64,000 bases of DNA, taken from positions 23,879 to 87,878 of the forward strand of contig CAYXSW010000003.1 of assembly GCA_964467915.1 (NCBI GenBank), given 5' to 3'. Position 1 is the stretch's first letter. Every line of letters begins with the position of its first letter. The DNA comes from an uncultured Marinoscillum sp. (lineage in GTDB: Bacteria > Bacteroidota > Bacteroidia > Cytophagales > MED-G16). The notes under the pieces were generated by a model, which did not search any database, was not told the DNA's origin, and was given only the letters and a program-made list of their open reading frames with translations. This document shows, piece by piece, positions 31,390 to 39,927 of this stretch. The translations under genes were made by a program, and so were the position numbers.

Positions 31390-32810
31390 GAGCCTAATAT
31401 CATAGTTTGGAGTATGTAAGTGGCTGCACCACATATATAGCCAATCACAGCATATATAGATATTTTTTTCATGTACCAAAAGAAAGGTATTTTCTCTAGA
31501 CCCATAATAGCAACTCCAGCAGCTGAACCTATTATTAAAGCACTACCCCCTGTTCCTGCGCAATAAGCTAAAAATTGCCAAAACAATCCGTCTTCTTGGA
31601 AGAAACCAGTCATATCTAGGGGATACATTCCGATAGCAGCAGCAACTAATGGAACATTGTCTACTATTGCAGATAAAAGGCCTATAATTAGACCAATAGA
31701 GTATACCCCATTGGAAGTATCCGTCCCTATATTATTATCAAGAAAAACAGCCATTTGATTTAACTGACCCGCAGCTTGTAAACTGCCCACTGCTAATAAA
31801 ATTCCTAAGAAAAACAATAAAGTGGGAACATCCATTTTCTCTAATGCATGATATGCAGAAAAATGTTTTCTGTCTTCTTTATTGTCTTTTCTATGCAGAA
31901 TGTCTGTAAGGAGCCATATGAAACCTAAACTTAACATCATGCCCATGAACGGGGGAAAATGAGTTATAGATTTAAATATTGGGACAAATAATAAGGCGCT
32001 AACACCGCTAAAAAAAACAATTTTTCTTTGTCTTTCAGATGTATGGTGAGAAGTAACCATAAAATCTTTATCTGGTCTCTCAAATTTACCTTTAACTTTT
32101 GGCGACATAATTATTAGAGGTACAATCAGACACACCATGCTTGGTAAAATTAATTTTGTTACAACTTCATAAGTAGTAATTTGTTTTCCTATCCAGAGCA
32201 TAGTAGTGGTAACATCACCTATAGGAGACCATGCACCCCCTGCATTAGCTGCTATTATTATCATTCCAAGAAAGAACCACCTATCCTTTTTATCAACAAT
32301 AAATTTTCTTGTTAGAGAGACCATTATTATTGAAGTGGTAAGATTATCTAATAAGGCTGAAAAGAAAAATGATATAATTCCCAGTATCCAAAATAGTTTT
32401 AGCTTACTGGTTGTCTTAATTCTATCTGTGACCACACGAAAACCACCATGAAGGTCAATGATTTCAACTATAGTCATTGCGCCCATTAGAAAAAAGAGTA
32501 TACTAGATATCTCAGATAAAATTTCAAAAAGCTGAACTTCAGTTACATAATGTTGAATTATTTCTATTTTACTTTTATCAATTTTATCAGATGTTTTAAC
32601 AATTTCATCAGGATAAATATTGCTAAATTCAGTTGCAGCATAATCTTTAACTTTACTTAAGTCTACAATTTCTTCCTTTCCAAACACGAAAATAGTCCAA
32701 CAGAGTATACCAGTAATCAAAGCAATAGCTGCCTTATCTACTTTTATAGTGTGTTCAACTGTTATGAACGCATAACCTATAACAAAAACTACAATCATTA
32801 ATTCGTACAT
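31386..32810 (-). CDS. nhaD: Na+/H+ antiporter NhaD
   Basis: LDNLTT, ANAGGAWSPIGDVTT, VDNVPLVAA, GSAAGV. Confidence 0.93.
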   Translation of the reverse strand: MYELMIVVFVIGYAFITVEHTIKVDKAAIALITGILCWTIFVFGKEEIVDLSKVKDYAATEFSNIYPDEIVKTSDKIDKSKIEIIQHYVTEVQLFEILSEISSILFFLMGAMTIVEIIDLHGGFRVVTDRIKTTSKLKLFWILGIISFFFSALLDNLTTSIIMVSLTRKFIVDKKDRWFFLGMIIIAANAGGAWSPIGDVTTTMLWIGKQITTYEVVTKLILPSMVCLIVPLIIMSPKVKGKFERPDKDFMVTSHHTSERQRKIVFFSGVSALLFVPIFKSITHFPPFMGMMLSLGFIWLLTDILHRKDNKEDRKHFSAYHALEKMDVPTLLFFLGILLAVGSLQAAGQLNQMAVFLDNNIGTDTSNGVYSIGLIIGLLSAIVDNVPLVAAAIGMYPLDMTGFFQEDGLFWQFLAYCAGTGGSALIIGSAAGVAIMGLEKIPFFWYMKKISIYAVIGYICGAATYILQTMILGS

Positions 32811-32812
32811 CT

Positions 32813-33883
32813 CTATATAATTTTATTATTAATAATCAGGCCTGATGATGTTGATCTGGTAGAGCCAGTAATTACACTATCAACATTTTTTATATTTAAT
32901 AGCCTCAGTAATCCAAGGTATCCAAATATAATAGCCTCTTTAAAAATAATTAATTTTTTGTTTGGAATGATAAAATTTAAATCAAGTTTATTGAATTTAT
33001 TTAAATTTTTTATGATTTGACTATTAAAAACTCCTCCACCAGTTAATAATACCTTTGATTTTTTTTTATTTATAGCATTATTTATTTGAATCGCCATGTG
33101 ATTTATATAGGTTTTTAATACGTCTGTTGGCTCATAATTCTTAAAAAGAGGATAATAGTTTTTCTCTATATACAGGAGATCTAGACTCTTTGGATAATTT
33201 TTTTTATAATATTTTAAGTTATTTAATTTTTTAAGTAGCCCTTCTTTTAATTTACCACTGATTGATAATTTGCCGTCTAAATCAAAATCATAATTAAGCT
33301 TTCTTGAGTATTTGTTTAGTATAATGTTTGCTGGACAAACATCATAACCATAGAAGTTGTGAGTGTCGAGAGAGGATATGTTAGCTATTCCACCTATATT
33401 AATACAATAATCATAATCATTAAATATTTTGCTCTCTCCATAAGGCACTAGCGGAGCCCCTTGACCATTAAATAAGACATCAAGTTCTCTGAAATTATAA
33501 ACCGTTGTGATTTTAGTGTTTTTATATATAATTAATGGATTTCCTATTTGATAATTTAATTTGAGATTTATATCGTGAAAAACAGTATGCCCATGTGATG
33601 AAATTAGATCAACAGATATTTTATTTTTTTTTATAAATTTCACTAAGCATTTAGAAAAAAACTCTCCTAGCTCATTATCTAATATTTTTAAGGATAAGGA
33701 GTCTGTCTTGCTACAGGATATTAATTTATTTTTTAATTTTTGAGAGTAGCCGATGCTTTCTGCATTTATTAACTTGTATCTCCATTCATTCTTCTCTTCC
33801 CAAAAATGACAGTGTGCTAGATCTATTCCATCACAAGAAGTGCCTGACATTAAACCAATTACACTATATGTCCCCATATTCAT
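32813..33883 (-). CDS. anmK: Anhydro-N-acetylmuramic acid kinase
   Basis: GLMSGTSCDGID, SHGHT, GQGAPLVP, NIGGIANIS, KEA. Confidence 0.95.
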   Translation of the reverse strand: MNMGTYSVIGLMSGTSCDGIDLAHCHFWEEKNEWRYKLINAESIGYSQKLKNKLISCSKTDSLSLKILDNELGEFFSKCLVKFIKKNKISVDLISSHGHTVFHDINLKLNYQIGNPLIIYKNTKITTVYNFRELDVLFNGQGAPLVPYGESKIFNDYDYCINIGGIANISSLDTHNFYGYDVCPANIILNKYSRKLNYDFDLDGKLSISGKLKEGLLKKLNNLKYYKKNYPKSLDLLYIEKNYYPLFKNYEPTDVLKTYINHMAIQINNAINKKKSKVLLTGGGVFNSQIIKNLNKFNKLDLNFIIPNKKLIIFKEAIIFGYLGLLRLLNIKNVDSVITGSTRSTSSGLIINNKII

Positions 33884-33955
33884 GTTAAAATTTTTATTTT
33901 TTATTTATGAACTAAAGAATGCATCTTTGCATTTCAAATAAATAACAAAAAAAGG

Positions 33956-35239
33956 ATGCATAGAATTCACTTTAATATATTTCTAATATACTTTTTTTTT
34001 CTAACTAAATTATCAGTTGCACAAGACACAACCCCGTTTAGTTCAGTAAACCCAATTGGAGAAATATCAGACAACTCATTTGCAAATAATTTAGGAATGG
34101 GCGGAGTTGGTATTAGCAATGGTTCTTATTGGCATTTAAATAATCAAAATCCAGCCGCATTGGTATATAATAGGTTTACCATATTTGAAATGGGGATTGC
34201 ATCGGATGTAAGGCAAATTGTAAATAGTAGCACTAAAGATATTACAGGTAATGGAAATATAAATTATATAGGTTTTGGTATTCCTATTATAAAAGGCGGT
34301 AAATGGGTCACTTCTATTGGGTTCAATCCTTACAGTAATACTAATTATAAACTTTTTTCTCAAGAGCAAGTACTTGGTATTAATGGGGATCCAACTTCAG
34401 CATTAGTAAATTACAATTATGATGGTGCTGGGGGGCTGACTGAAGTATATTTTTCAAATGGATTCAAGCTTGGAAATGATTTTTCATTTGGAGTTAAGGG
34501 TTCTTATATTTTTGGAAAGATTACTAGTAATATCTCTTCAAGTATTTCAAATGAGCCTCAATTTTTTTCTAATTTATTTGAGAGAGCATCATTTAAAGAT
34601 CTCTCCTTATCTACGGGAGTATTTTATAAGAACGAATTTAAAAAAGATAATTTTTTAAAGATAGGTTTAATATATGATCTAAATTCTTCTCTTGATGCAA
34701 CTAGGTTTTCACAACTTGAAAGAAAAATTCCAAACTCTCTTTCGGTCCTTGTAATAGATACAATTTATAATAATGAGTCTTCTAAGTTTAATATTCCTAG
34801 AAATTTTGGTATAGGAGTTTCATATGAAATTATTGATAAATTATCTGTAGGTATTGAGTATAGATCAAGATCTTGGAATAGTAGTAGTGGATACGGTGAT
34901 AATTCTTCTAAAGCATATAAAACGGAATTCCAATTATCTACAGGAATTGAGATTATTCCTGATGCTGAAAATGTAAACAGCTTTTTTAAAAGAGTTACTT
35001 ACAGAGGAGGTCTGCTATTTAAAAAGTCACCTTTTTTAATTAATTCTGAAGAATTATATACTACAGCTTTTACCTTTGGCGTGTCATTGCCAATGAGTGC
35101 TATTTCAAGAATCAACTTAGGTGTAGAAGCTGGTAAAAGAGGAAATGTTGATAAATTAGCAATTAAAGAGAACTATCTAAAATTCATTATAGGAAGCTCA
35201 ATCAATAATATTTGGTTTATTAAAAGAAAATTTGATTAA
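33956..35239 (+). CDS. Outer-membrane beta-barrel (FadL/PorV-like, conserved in Bacteroidota)
   Basis: Signal peptide, GMGG...NPAAL plug motif, alternating beta strands, C-terminal WFIKRKFD. Confidence 0.75.
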   Translation: MHRIHFNIFLIYFFFLTKLSVAQDTTPFSSVNPIGEISDNSFANNLGMGGVGISNGSYWHLNNQNPAALVYNRFTIFEMGIASDVRQIVNSSTKDITGNGNINYIGFGIPIIKGGKWVTSIGFNPYSNTNYKLFSQEQVLGINGDPTSALVNYNYDGAGGLTEVYFSNGFKLGNDFSFGVKGSYIFGKITSNISSSISNEPQFFSNLFERASFKDLSLSTGVFYKNEFKKDNFLKIGLIYDLNSSLDATRFSQLERKIPNSLSVLVIDTIYNNESSKFNIPRNFGIGVSYEIIDKLSVGIEYRSRSWNSSSGYGDNSSKAYKTEFQLSTGIEIIPDAENVNSFFKRVTYRGGLLFKKSPFLINSEELYTTAFTFGVSLPMSAISRINLGVEAGKRGNVDKLAIKENYLKFIIGSSINNIWFIKRKFD

Positions 35240-35249
35240 TTTTATTATT

Positions 35250-36617
35250 ATGAAAAATTTAATTGTAACACTATTTTTATTTTTTAACACTTTTTTTCTG
35301 ATAGCTCAACCTGGTTGGAACTGGCCTGAAAATAAAGAAGATGCTGAGGAAAAAAATGTATTATACACAGATTATTTAAAACAACAAAATTGTGAGGCAG
35401 CAGTAGAACACCTTGACTGGTTACTTGATAATGTTCCTAATCTTCATGTATCAATTTATCAAAATGGCATCAAGATTTATAGGTGCCTAATTGATAAAGA
35501 AGAGGATCCAATAAGAAAAAACGAATTAATTCAAAAATCTTTGAGCTTATTTGAGGCAAGACATAAAAATTTTGGGAGAGAAGCTTATGTTAAAAACAGA
35601 AAAGTAACTTTTGCTTATACATTCTATAGGTCTGATAAGACACAGTACGAATCGCTATATAATATGTTTAAAGATGCCTATAATCTTAATGGCAATAAAA
35701 TAGGCAATAGCAATTTAGTAGCTTTTATGGATATTGTTAGAAAACATAAACTAACATCAAAAACTATAACGGATGATGAAGTTTTAAATATTTACGATAA
35801 TATATCAAAAACTATTGCATTCAAAATTGTTAATGAACCAAAGAATAAAGTTAGGTTAAGAAAATACCAAGATAATATTGATAAACTTTTGACAGCTACA
35901 ATTACTGTTGATTGTAATTTTGTCGAGAATACTCTAGGCCCTAAATTATTAGAATTAACAGCAGCTCCAGCAGATGAAATTGTTGAAACAGATTATGAGA
36001 CATTAACTCCGGTTGATATTACATATTCGGATGAGATAGTGAACTTGGCAAAAAAGATTTTCCAATTAAGTATTACTGGCAAGTGTACTTCGTCTGAAAT
36101 TGCTTTAGAAGCCGCCAAGATAATGTTCTCAAATGAAAAAGATTTTGCTATAGCAAAATTTATTGCTGGTAGAGAACAAGCTAATAAAAATTATGTATCT
36201 GCTTTAGAATATTATGACGGAGCTATTGATTCTTCAGATGATAATGTTCAAAAATCTGAAATTTATTTAAACAAAGCTCAACTTTATGCTGTTATTGGAA
36301 ATAAAAACAAATCAAGAAATAACGCTAGAAGGTCTATTTCTTTAAATTCTAAAAATGCTGATGCATATAAATTAATTGGAAATTTATATATGGGTTCTTA
36401 TGATGACTGTAAAGAAGGCAAGAGCAGAGTTCAAGACAGACTGGTTTTTATAGCAGCTTATAATATTTTTAAAAGCGGTGGATTAACATCTCAAGCTAAT
36501 CAGGCAAGAGAACAATTTCCTTCTATGGAAGAAATATTTAATGAGAATATGGAAGTAGGAGAGGCTATGAATACAGGATGTTGGATTAATGAAACAGTAA
36601 CGTTAAATAAGAGATAA
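35250..36617 (+). CDS. Periplasmic TPR protein
   Basis: Signal peptide ending AQ, TPR-like repeats, C-terminal FPS...GCWINE; start re-assigned to ATG 35250. Confidence 0.75.
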   Translation: MKNLIVTLFLFFNTFFLIAQPGWNWPENKEDAEEKNVLYTDYLKQQNCEAAVEHLDWLLDNVPNLHVSIYQNGIKIYRCLIDKEEDPIRKNELIQKSLSLFEARHKNFGREAYVKNRKVTFAYTFYRSDKTQYESLYNMFKDAYNLNGNKIGNSNLVAFMDIVRKHKLTSKTITDDEVLNIYDNISKTIAFKIVNEPKNKVRLRKYQDNIDKLLTATITVDCNFVENTLGPKLLELTAAPADEIVETDYETLTPVDITYSDEIVNLAKKIFQLSITGKCTSSEIALEAAKIMFSNEKDFAIAKFIAGREQANKNYVSALEYYDGAIDSSDDNVQKSEIYLNKAQLYAVIGNKNKSRNNARRSISLNSKNADAYKLIGNLYMGSYDDCKEGKSRVQDRLVFIAAYNIFKSGGLTSQANQAREQFPSMEEIFNENMEVGEAMNTGCWINETVTLNKR

Positions 36618-37960
36618 TGAAAACATTTAATATACCTGAGTTTATAGAAAGCGTTCCTGTACTAAGGCTTTTTGGAAAAAACCTTGCACTTAACGCTGGT
36701 ATTGCTTTTGTAATCCAGGATTTTTTAATACCACTCTATTCAAATTATATTTTTAACATAGTTTTCGGACTTGTGTCTTTTGGAGTTCTACTAACAGGGT
36801 ATTGGTTTTTTATTTATAAGAGCAAAAGTAAAAACTTTGCTCATTTCTCTTTTCAAGCAGCTATAGTTTGTATTATTTTATCTATAATGGTTGGAGCTCT
36901 AAGCTCAGTCTCAAAAGCACTGTCTTCTGATGACAGAGGTATATTAGCGTCTAATGTAGATTTTGTGGCCGATTTACAAGACAACACAAATGTATATAAC
37001 GAAGAATTACAATCTTTGGGCAGAGATATCTCAAAAGTTTCTAGTCAGTTCTCTGAGCTTCAGAGTGATCTTTCCACTTTATCTGAACAAATCTCCTCTC
37101 AATTAACTGATGAAGGGAACCCATTAAATAATGAAGAGTTTTTAGATAAGATATCGACATTAATTGAAGAGAAAAGTTTAACTAATAATAGTACAGTTGT
37201 TAGTGTAGATGATTCTGATGAAGTCAAAGAACTTAAGAAAAATCTTGATATTGCCACTGAACTATTAAGACAAGTAACTCTTACTAATGTTAATCTTCAA
37301 AATAGAGAAAATGAAGTTTCTGAAACACTTAATGCAGACAGCCTTATATATTACATAGGAGATTTAAAAGAAGACGTGAGTGATTTGCGTAATTTTTCTT
37401 TACAATTATTAGCGAACACTGCACTTGCAGATACTCGCTCAGAACTAAACACATTTAAGGTAGAGACTAAAAAAGACTTAGATGAATTTAAATTATTTAC
37501 ATCTAAAGAAATTGATGAAATTAAAGAATTAGCTAAAGAGATTTTAAATTCTAATAAAAAAGGCTCTGGGAAATCTGATAATAATCTTTCTAAAGAACTA
37601 AAAGATTTATCTAAGGCAATGGAAAAAAGCAATTCCAATGTCTCTACGATTGATGAAAATTATCTTGAGGAGATAGTTTCAACTTACCAGGAGCTTGCTG
37701 AGAAAATAGATAACAGTTCCGTTCAAAATGATTTGGAAGAAATTAAAAAAGAGATTGCTAATTTATCATCAAATAAAAGTTCTTCTCTTGCCCCTGAAGT
37801 GTTGGAAAAACTACAGTCCGCACCAGATGGAAATTTAGATAATTCAGCAGGGTTATCTGAATTAAAATATTATATAGTTGAGTTGATGAAAGATCAAAAT
37901 GAAATCAGGCAAATCGTTAAAGATTTAAGAGAATTGCTTGAGAAAAGTGAGGAAAATTAA
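36617..37960 (+). CDS. Hypothetical membrane protein with long coiled-coil region
   Basis: About 3 N-terminal hydrophobic segments, then roughly 330 aa of acidic heptad-rich sequence; TAATG stop/start overlaps on both sides. Confidence 0.8.
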   Translation: MKTFNIPEFIESVPVLRLFGKNLALNAGIAFVIQDFLIPLYSNYIFNIVFGLVSFGVLLTGYWFFIYKSKSKNFAHFSFQAAIVCIILSIMVGALSSVSKALSSDDRGILASNVDFVADLQDNTNVYNEELQSLGRDISKVSSQFSELQSDLSTLSEQISSQLTDEGNPLNNEEFLDKISTLIEEKSLTNNSTVVSVDDSDEVKELKKNLDIATELLRQVTLTNVNLQNRENEVSETLNADSLIYYIGDLKEDVSDLRNFSLQLLANTALADTRSELNTFKVETKKDLDEFKLFTSKEIDEIKELAKEILNSNKKGSGKSDNNLSKELKDLSKAMEKSNSNVSTIDENYLEEIVSTYQELAEKIDNSSVQNDLEEIKKEIANLSSNKSSSLAPEVLEKLQSAPDGNLDNSAGLSELKYYIVELMKDQNEIRQIVKDLRELLEKSEEN

Positions 37961-38478
37961 TGTCTCGACTTCTAGTTGTTATCTTATTTTTTTCTTGTTC
38001 ACAAAACAATTTCCAGAAAATTGATAAAACATATGACGGCCCAATAATTGAAATAAAAGATTTAAATACTTTTTTTTCTGATTCTGCCCAAGTTAAATTT
38101 AACCTCAAGGCAAAACTTTATCAGGTTTTTGGTTCAGGGGAAGAACAATATCCAGATGGTTTATATATGGATATTTTTTCTAAAGATTCAGAATCTATTT
38201 CTGCTACTTTTCAAGCAAATAAGGTAATTAGATATGAGAATGAAAATTACTTTAAGGCGACTGGGAATGTTATTTTATATAATTTAGAAACAAAAGATGA
38301 GTTAAGGACTGAGGAGTTATTATGGTATCCTAATGATGAAAAATTTATTTCTGAAAAGTTTGTAACTATCAGAACAGGAAGTGAAGTCCATAAAGGTGAG
38401 GGTATGGTTTCAAATCAGGATTTTTCTGATTATGAAATACTTAAACCATCAGGAGTAATTGAGATAGATGAAAATTAA
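37960..38478 (+). CDS. lptC: LPS export protein LptC (Bacteroidota lipoprotein type)
   Basis: Lipobox FFSC, SDSA, YPDGL, GNV...TEEL.W, SEKFVTI, GEG; beta-jellyroll pattern. Confidence 0.82.
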   Translation: MSRLLVVILFFSCSQNNFQKIDKTYDGPIIEIKDLNTFFSDSAQVKFNLKAKLYQVFGSGEEQYPDGLYMDIFSKDSESISATFQANKVIRYENENYFKATGNVILYNLETKDELRTEELLWYPNDEKFISEKFVTIRTGSEVHKGEGMVSNQDFSDYEILKPSGVIEIDEN

Positions 38479-38593
38479 ATATTTAGTTCTTGCATTATCT
38501 CTTGTGTGTCTTATTTATGCCGTATATAAAAGTTTTATGATTGGAATATTAAACTCTTATGAATTTTATATGCTATCATTTGTTTTTTTTTAA
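38468..38593 (+). CDS. Small membrane protein (41 aa) not in the ORF track
   Basis: MKIKYLVLALSLVCLIYAVYKSFMIGILNSYEFYMLSFVFF*; two hydrophobic stretches fill the lptC-hemolysin gap. Confidence 0.55.
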   Translation: MKIKYLVLALSLVCLIYAVYKSFMIGILNSYEFYMLSFVFF

Positions 38594-38613
38594 TATATAA
38601 ATTAAAGTGAAAT

Positions 38614-39891
38614 ATGGATGATTTTCAAAATCAAATTATATTAATAAGTATCTGTTTATTTTTTTCCGGTTTATTTTCTGGTCTAGAGATTGCGTTTATA
38701 TCGAGGAATAAATTGAATTTTGAGATTAAATCAAACTCTAAAAGTTTTTTAGGCAAAATATATGGTGTTATTAATAAGAATACCTCAGAGATTATTTCTA
38801 CTCTTCTTATAGGTAATAATCTTTCTCTGGTAATTTATGGGATAGTAATGGCCCAATTTCTTGAACCCTTACTTATTAATAATTTACCACAAATAATCAA
38901 TAACGATCTGTCAGTGTTATTAATTCAGACATTAGTGTCTACTCTTTTAGTATTAATTACAGCTGAATATATTCCAAAAAGTATTTTTTTAATAAACCCT
39001 GATAGGCTTCTTGTTACTTTTTCGATACCTCTTTTTATAATTTATTTTATATTTTCTCCCATTGTTAAAATTGTAATTCTTATATCAAAGTTTTTTATAA
39101 GAGATGTTTTAAATCAAAAGTATTCAGATGATAAACCGGTTTTCAAATTAACCGATCTTAATGATTATGTAAAAAAGATTGTAGTATCAGACACTAGAGC
39201 CGAGTCTAATAAGGTAACAGAGTTTTTTAATAATGCTCTTAACTTAAAAACTGTTAAGGTAAGAGATTTCATGATACCACGAACTGAAATTATAGCTATT
39301 GATCATTCTGACTCTATTAATGATCTTAAAAAAGTAATTAAAGAGTCAGGGCACACTAAAATAATTATTTATAAATCTTCTGTAGATAACGTAATTGGGT
39401 ATTGTCATGGTTTATCTTTATTTAATAATCCCAAGAAAATAACTGACATAATTAGACCAATTAATTTTGTAAATGAAACTAATCTGGCAAATGATCTTCT
39501 TTTTAAATTTATTTCAGAACAAATCAATATTGCTATTGTTATAGATGAATATGGAGGTACTTCAGGAATAATTACTTTAGAAGATATTATCGAAGAAATT
39601 TTTGGTGAAATAATTGATGAATTTGATGAAAAAATTTATTTGCAAGATAAAGTAGATCAACATTCTTTCAATTTTAGTGCTAGACTAGAGATTGACTATC
39701 TCAACTCAAAGTTTAAATTAAATATTCCAACAGGAGATTATGATACGTTAGGTGGTTTTATATTGAGTTCTAATAAAAATATTCCTAAAAAAAATGAAAT
39801 TTTAAAATATAATGGTTTTACTATTAAAATTCTTACAAAAAATAATAACAGAATAAATAGTGTTTTTTTTAGAAAGAATGTAAATAATTAG
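38614..39891 (+). CDS. HlyC/CorC (CNNM-CBS-CorC) family protein
   Basis: FSGLEIAF, LIGNN, EYIPKS, MIPRTEI, DEYGGTSGIITLEDIIEEIFGEI. Confidence 0.93.
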   Translation: MDDFQNQIILISICLFFSGLFSGLEIAFISRNKLNFEIKSNSKSFLGKIYGVINKNTSEIISTLLIGNNLSLVIYGIVMAQFLEPLLINNLPQIINNDLSVLLIQTLVSTLLVLITAEYIPKSIFLINPDRLLVTFSIPLFIIYFIFSPIVKIVILISKFFIRDVLNQKYSDDKPVFKLTDLNDYVKKIVVSDTRAESNKVTEFFNNALNLKTVKVRDFMIPRTEIIAIDHSDSINDLKKVIKESGHTKIIIYKSSVDNVIGYCHGLSLFNNPKKITDIIRPINFVNETNLANDLLFKFISEQINIAIVIDEYGGTSGIITLEDIIEEIFGEIIDEFDEKIYLQDKVDQHSFNFSARLEIDYLNSKFKLNIPTGDYDTLGGFILSSNKNIPKKNEILKYNGFTIKILTKNNNRINSVFFRKNVNN

Positions 39892-39902
39892 TTTTAAAAA
39901 TT

Positions 39903-39910
39903 TAATTTTG
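39903..39910 (+). promoter_or_regulatory. -7 element upstream of ppiD
   Basis: TAATTTTG. Confidence 0.45.
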
Positions 39911-39927
39911 GCTTCCAAATATATATT

